NCBI GenBank assembly: GCA_964562805.1
Contig: CAZLUT010000002.1
Span: forward strand, 1,172 to 65,171
Reading direction: 5' to 3'
DNA: 64,000 nucleotides
Origin: an uncultured bacterium
GTDB taxonomy: Bacteria > Omnitrophota > Omnitrophia > Omnitrophales > CAZLUT01
Under the pieces are notes generated by a model. That model had not been told where the DNA came from. It saw only the letters and a program-made list of their open reading frames with translations, and ran no database searches. A program made the position numbers and the translations under genes. This document shows positions 60,136 through 64,000 of the stretch, piece after piece. Position 1 is the first letter of the stretch. Every line of letters begins with the position of its first letter.

Positions 60136-60951
60136 ATGAGCAAAAAAAGTAAGATCAATTTTTCCATCGGAGTATTTGACTCTGGACTTGGCGGACTTAC
60201 CGTTGCCCGGGCTATTCGACGTTTACTCCCTGCGGAAAATATTTGTTATTTCGGAGATATCGCACGGCTCCCTTACGGTATTAAATCCAAGAAGCAAATT
60301 ATTGAATTCTCCAAGCAAAATACCAATTTTCTTCTCGGAAAAAAAATCAAAGCACTTGTTATCGCGTGTAATTCATCGGCAAGCACCAGCCTGGATGTTC
60401 TCAAAAGAAAGTATTCTCTCCCCATTATTGACGTGATTACACCGGCGGCTCATTTAGCCGCAAGCGTTACTACGAATCACCGGATTGGCATTATTGGAAC
60501 CGCGGCAACTATTGAAAGCAAGAGCTATCAAAAGGAAATTCATCGTCTTAATAGACGAATCCAAATTAAAGAGATGGCATGTCCTCTTTTTGTACCCCTG
60601 GTAGAGGCCGGCTGGCTTGATAACTCGATCACACATCTAATTATAGAAAAATATATAAAGTCACTCTTACGTTCCAAAATTGATACTTTAATTTTAGGCT
60701 GCACCCACTACCCCTTACTGCACCGGGCTATTAAAAGGGTTGCGGGCCCTGGTGTTGCCTTGATTGATTCCGCCCCCTCAACCACAGAAAGGTTAAGAGA
60801 TGTTTTAAAACGAAGAGGTCTTTTAAAAGAGGGTGTGGGATCGCATGGAAGTCTAAAGATTTATGTCTCAGACCTGCCCCGAAATTTTCTGAAAATAGGC
60901 GAAAGATTTCTCGGGCAAAAAATTACTCATATTCGTACCGTTCCTATTTAA
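60136..60951 (+). CDS. murI: Glutamate racemase
   Basis: IGVFDSGLGGLTV, YFGD.AR.PYG, IACNSAS, LILGCTHYPLL. Confidence 0.96.
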   Translation: MSKKSKINFSIGVFDSGLGGLTVARAIRRLLPAENICYFGDIARLPYGIKSKKQIIEFSKQNTNFLLGKKIKALVIACNSSASTSLDVLKRKYSLPIIDVITPAAHLAASVTTNHRIGIIGTAATIESKSYQKEIHRLNRRIQIKEMACPLFVPLVEAGWLDNSITHLIIEKYIKSLLRSKIDTLILGCTHYPLLHRAIKRVAGPGVALIDSAPSTTERLRDVLKRRGLLKEGVGSHGSLKIYVSDLPRNFLKIGERFLGQKITHIRTVPI

Positions 60952-60953
60952 CC

Positions 60954-60981
60954 ACTAACCACTATCCACTAGTCACTAACC
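60954..60981. repeat. Heptamer tandem array, 4 units (ACTAACC family)
   Basis: ACTAACC ACTATCC ACTAGTC ACTAACC. Confidence 0.8.
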
Positions 60982-60983
60982 AC

Positions 60984-60992
60984 TGTTATAAT
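60984..60992 (+). promoter_or_regulatory. Extended -10 promoter (TGnTATAAT) positioned for a leaderless queD transcript
   Basis: TGTTATAAT at 60984-60992, then 7 nt (CCTCCCC), then ATG at 61000; no SD sequence. Confidence 0.65.
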
Positions 60993-60999
60993 CCTCCCC

Positions 61000-61371
61000 A
61001 TGTACGAAGTTAGCGTTAAATCAGAAGTAAAATCAGGGCATCAATTGCGTTCCTATGACGGAAAGTGTGAGCGTCTTCACGGACATAACTGGCAAGTAGA
61101 GGTTACGGCAAGTGGCGATACTCTTGATAAATTGGGTGTCATTATTGATTTTCATATTTTAAAAGAAAAATTAGATAGGGTCTTGGCCCCTTTTGATCAT
61201 ACTCGAATGAATTCTGTGCCTCCTTTTGATCAAATAAATCCTTCGGCTGAAAATTTAGCCAATTTTGTATGTGAAAAATTAATGAAAGAGCCCGAAATTT
61301 CAAAAGTTTGCCGGATTAAAAAAGTGGTTGTTGTTGAGGACGAGGGTTTTACAGCTTCTTTTACGCCATAA
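61000..61371 (+). CDS. queD: 6-carboxy-5,6,7,8-tetrahydropterin synthase
   Basis: GHQL..YDGKCERLHGHNW, DF, FDH, NPSAENLA. Confidence 0.93.
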   Translation: MYEVSVKSEVKSGHQLRSYDGKCERLHGHNWQVEVTASGDTLDKLGVIIDFHILKEKLDRVLAPFDHTRMNSVPPFDQINPSAENLANFVCEKLMKEPEISKVCRIKKVVVVEDEGFTASFTP

Positions 61372-61378
61372 ATTATCT

Positions 61379-62053
61379 ATGTCAAAAACAGTTATTCTTC
61401 TTTCAGGCGGCTTAGACTCAGCCACCACACTTGCCATTGCAAACGATAACAAACAAAAGCTTTTTGCATTATCATTTGATTACGGCCAGAAGCATTCAAG
61501 AGAGCTTCGAGCCGCTAAAAAAATAGCGGAATATTACGGTGCTAAACATATCACTTTAAAAATTCAATTCCCCTGGAAAGGAAGCGCTCTTCTAGATCCA
61601 AACGTAAAGATTCCCGAAAAGCGCTCCCTTAAAAAAATGAATCAAAAAATCCCCGCAACTTATGTGCCGGCACGCAATACGCTTTTTCTTTCATATGCCT
61701 TGTCGTGGGCGGAGACGATAAGGGCCGAATCAATTTATATAGGGGCTAATGCCTTGGATTACAGCGGCTATCCTGATTGCAGGCCCGGTTTTTTAAAAGC
61801 TATTGAACGGGCATTTACTTTGGGTTCGAAGAAAGGTGTAGAAGGTGCTAAAATCAAAATCAAGGCACCTCTTCTCAAAAAGACAAAAGCCGGAATCGTT
61901 CGGTTAGGGAAAAAATTAAAAGTTCCTTATGGGTTGACCTGGTCATGTTATAAAGGGGGGAAGAGGCCTTGCGGGAAATGCGACAGTTGTCTTTTGAGGG
62001 CAAAAGGTTTTAAAAAAGCACGGGTGAAGGATCCGTTGGTGATTGATGAATAA
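61379..62053 (+). CDS. queC: 7-cyano-7-deazaguanine synthase
   Basis: LSGGLDS, FDYGQKH, TYVPARN, DYSGYPDCRP, TWSCY...CGKCDSCLLR. Confidence 0.96.
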   Translation: MSKTVILLSGGLDSATTLAIANDNKQKLFALSFDYGQKHSRELRAAKKIAEYYGAKHITLKIQFPWKGSALLDPNVKIPEKRSLKKMNQKIPATYVPARNTLFLSYALSWAETIRAESIYIGANALDYSGYPDCRPGFLKAIERAFTLGSKKGVEGAKIKIKAPLLKKTKAGIVRLGKKLKVPYGLTWSCYKGGKRPCGKCDSCLLRAKGFKKARVKDPLVIDE

Positions 62054-62747
62054 CATGAAAGCAGAAATAACAGAAATATTTTCGTCACTCCAGGGCGAGG
62101 GGCCTTATGCGGGTGAAAAACAGATTTTTGTTCGATTTAAAAGGTGTAACCTTCGCTGCGCCTATTGCGATGAGCACCGGGAGGAGTTTGAAGAGCTCGC
62201 CCCCACCGAGGTTTTAGAGAGAATTGAAGCTCTCAATATTATGCACGGCCCGCACCGATTCATTAGCTGGACGGGAGGAGAGCCTACCCTTTATTTCCGA
62301 TTTTTAAGAGAAGTCTTGCCGGCCCTCAAACAGAAAGGTTATCAAAATTATTTAGAAACGAACGGGACTTTGCCCGAAGTTTTAGAAGAGCTTCTTCCTA
62401 ATGCTGACGTTGTTGCTATGGATATAAAGCTTCCTAGTATGACTAAGGATAATTATTACTGGGCTGAACATGAAATGTTTTTAAAAAAATCCAGAGCTTC
62501 GAATCTTTTTGCGAAAATTGTCCTGTCAAAAAAAGTGAATTTAAAGGAATTTGATCAAGCTGTTGAAATTCTGAGTAAAACAAGACCTGAAACCTTGCTT
62601 GTGCTGCAACCTTTAAGTTCGGGAGAGGCTGAAATGGTTTCGAGCGAAACCATTAATTTTCTTGAAAAACTCAAAGAACGCGCTTTATTGAAACTATCTC
62701 GTGTTCAGGTAATCAAACGTTTGCACAAAATTTTGGAAATAAAATAG
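62046..62747 (+). CDS. queE: 7-carboxy-7-deazaguanine synthase (radical SAM)
   Basis: EIFSSLQGEG, FVRF..CNLRCAYCD, TGGEP, LETNG; follows queD-queC. Confidence 0.92.
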   Translation: MNNMKAEITEIFSSLQGEGPYAGEKQIFVRFKRCNLRCAYCDEHREEFEELAPTEVLERIEALNIMHGPHRFISWTGGEPTLYFRFLREVLPALKQKGYQNYLETNGTLPEVLEELLPNADVVAMDIKLPSMTKDNYYWAEHEMFLKKSRASNLFAKIVLSKKVNLKEFDQAVEILSKTRPETLLVLQPLSSGEAEMVSSETINFLEKLKERALLKLSRVQVIKRLHKILEIK

Positions 62748-62765
62748 GCTGAAAAAGGAGTGGTT

Positions 62766-63491
62766 ATGAAACGTGTCGATGGAAGAAAAGCTAACGAAAT
62801 GAGAAAAATTAAGATTCAAAAAGATTATATTAAATATGCTTCAGGATCTTGCCTGATTGAATTCGGTAACACCAAAGTAGTTTGTACCGCTTCTATTGAA
62901 GACGGAGTACCGCGCTTTTTGAGAGGAAAAAATTCAGGATGGATTACAAGCGAATATGGAATGCTTCCGGCCTCATGCGGCAACGGAAGGATTTCTCGGG
63001 AGTCTTCCAAAGGTAAGGTGGGGGGGCGAACTCATGAAATCCAGCGCCTCATCGGAAGATCTTTAAGAACCGTTGTTGATCTTGAAGCGTTGGGTGAGAA
63101 AACAATATGGATTGACGCGGATGTTATTCAAGGTGACGGAGGCACTCGGACAGCTGCTATCACGGGAAGCTTTATTGCTTTAGTAGATGCTCTGAAAAAG
63201 TTAAAAGATAAGGAAGGGCGAGATGAACTTCCGATATTGGATACGGTTGCCGCAATTAGTGTCGGCATTGTAGAGGGTAAACCTGTTTTAGATTTATGTT
63301 ATGAAGAAGACTCTACAGCACATGTTGATATGAATTTTGTGATGACGGGACGCGGAAAAATTATTGAAGCTCAAGGGACAGCGGAGCGCGAACCTTTTAC
63401 AAAGGCAGAGATGGATCGTCTTTATCAGCTCGCATCGAAGGGTGTTAAAGAATTAACTCAGCTTCAGAAAAAACATTTAAAGCTTACGTAA
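62766..63491 (+). CDS. rph: Ribonuclease PH
   Basis: [59 protein letters not shown]. Confidence 0.97.
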   Translation: MKRVDGRKANEMRKIKIQKDYIKYASGSCLIEFGNTKVVCTASIEDGVPRFLRGKNSGWITSEYGMLPASCGNGRISRESSKGKVGGRTHEIQRLIGRSLRTVVDLEALGEKTIWIDADVIQGDGGTRTAAITGSFIALVDALKKLKDKEGRDELPILDTVAAISVGIVEGKPVLDLCYEEDSTAHVDMNFVMTGRGKIIEAQGTAEREPFTKAEMDRLYQLASKGVKELTQLQKKHLKLT

Positions 63492-63493
63492 CC

Positions 63494-64000
63494 GTGAAAT
63501 TATTAATTGCGACCGGTAATCAAAAAAAACTTCGGGAAATTGAAGAAATTTTCTCCGGTCTGCCGCTTGAATATTTAACTCTAAAAGATTTTCCCGATTT
63601 AGAAGAGCCTGAAGAAAATGGCGAGAGCTTCGCTGAAAATGCGCTTTTGAAAGCTCATGGGTACTCAAAGCAGTCAGGTCTTTTAACATTGGCTGAAGAT
63701 TCAGGTATTTGTGTAGATGCTTTGGGCGGCGCTCCTGGAATTTATTCAGCACGTTACGCCGGTTCCACGAAAGACGATAATGATAATATCGAGAAAGTGC
63801 TGGAAGAGATAAAAGAAATTCCGGAAGGCCGTCGCACGGCTCACTATGAAAGTGCCGTTGCTCTTGCCTCCCCGGATGGAAAAGAAGAAGTGGTCTTAGG
63901 AAAAGTAGGAGGGGAACTCCTGCTCAAAAAGCGGGGAACCGGGGGGTTTGGTTACGATCCCATTTTTTACTATCCGCCTTTTAAAGCAACATTCGCTGAA
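63494..64000 (+). CDS. rdgB: Non-canonical purine NTP pyrophosphatase (RdgB/HAM1), 3'-truncated
   Basis: Manual translation from GTG 63494: MKLLIATGNQKKLREI...ENGESFAENALLKA...AEDSGICVDALGGAPGIYSARYAG...GFGYDPIF; follows rph. Confidence 0.93.
   Translation, partial: MKLLIATGNQKKLREIEEIFSGLPLEYLTLKDFPDLEEPEENGESFAENALLKAHGYSKQSGLLTLAEDSGICVDALGGAPGIYSARYAGSTKDDNDNIEKVLEEIKEIPEGRRTAHYESAVALASPDGKEEVVLGKVGGELLLKKRGTGGFGYDPIFYYPPFKATFAE

Noticed and set aside
61000-62747. queD-queC-queE (with folE) as a 7-deazaguanine DNA-modification (dpd) defence island
   Set aside because: No dpdA/tgt-like or other dpd genes nearby; the housekeeping context (murI, rph, rdgB) fits ordinary queuosine synthesis.

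Overview
AT-rich bacterial chromosomal window from a diderm organism (it encodes an outer-membrane beta-barrel, OPX and lipoproteins; the taxon cannot be determined from the sequence). About 50 kb (413-52981) is a large cell-surface glycan region. It contains: an O-antigen-ligase/Wzy-like gene and a HAMP-GGDEF gene divergent from a TPR/beta-barrel/short-OPX/Wzc export operon; gmd; a pseudaminic-acid-like nonulosonate pathway (PseB, C, G, H-like, I, SpsF-like cytidylyltransferase, amidotransferase) interrupted by a radical SAM-PepM-Ppd-Cmk-like-CDP-alcohol-transferase phosphonate cassette; Wzx; and many GT2/GT4/GT-C enzymes and methyltransferases. The right end is housekeeping (miaB, nnrE, lipA, aminotransferase, amidase, murI, queD-queC-queE, rph, partial rdgB). 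The most striking non-coding signal is a pair of 10-bp-phased TTGA direct-repeat arrays overlapping sigma70 promoters. One lies upstream of the phosphonate cassette and the other upstream of a small Xis/BldC-like HTH gene coupled to pseB, suggesting a dedicated regulon for a phosphonylated nonulosonate glycan. Also present are three heptamer tandem arrays, a 123-bp inverted-repeat element and candidate leaderless promoters. No rRNA, tRNA, CRISPR array or transposase was recognised. All functional calls come from motif recognition by eye, not database searches.
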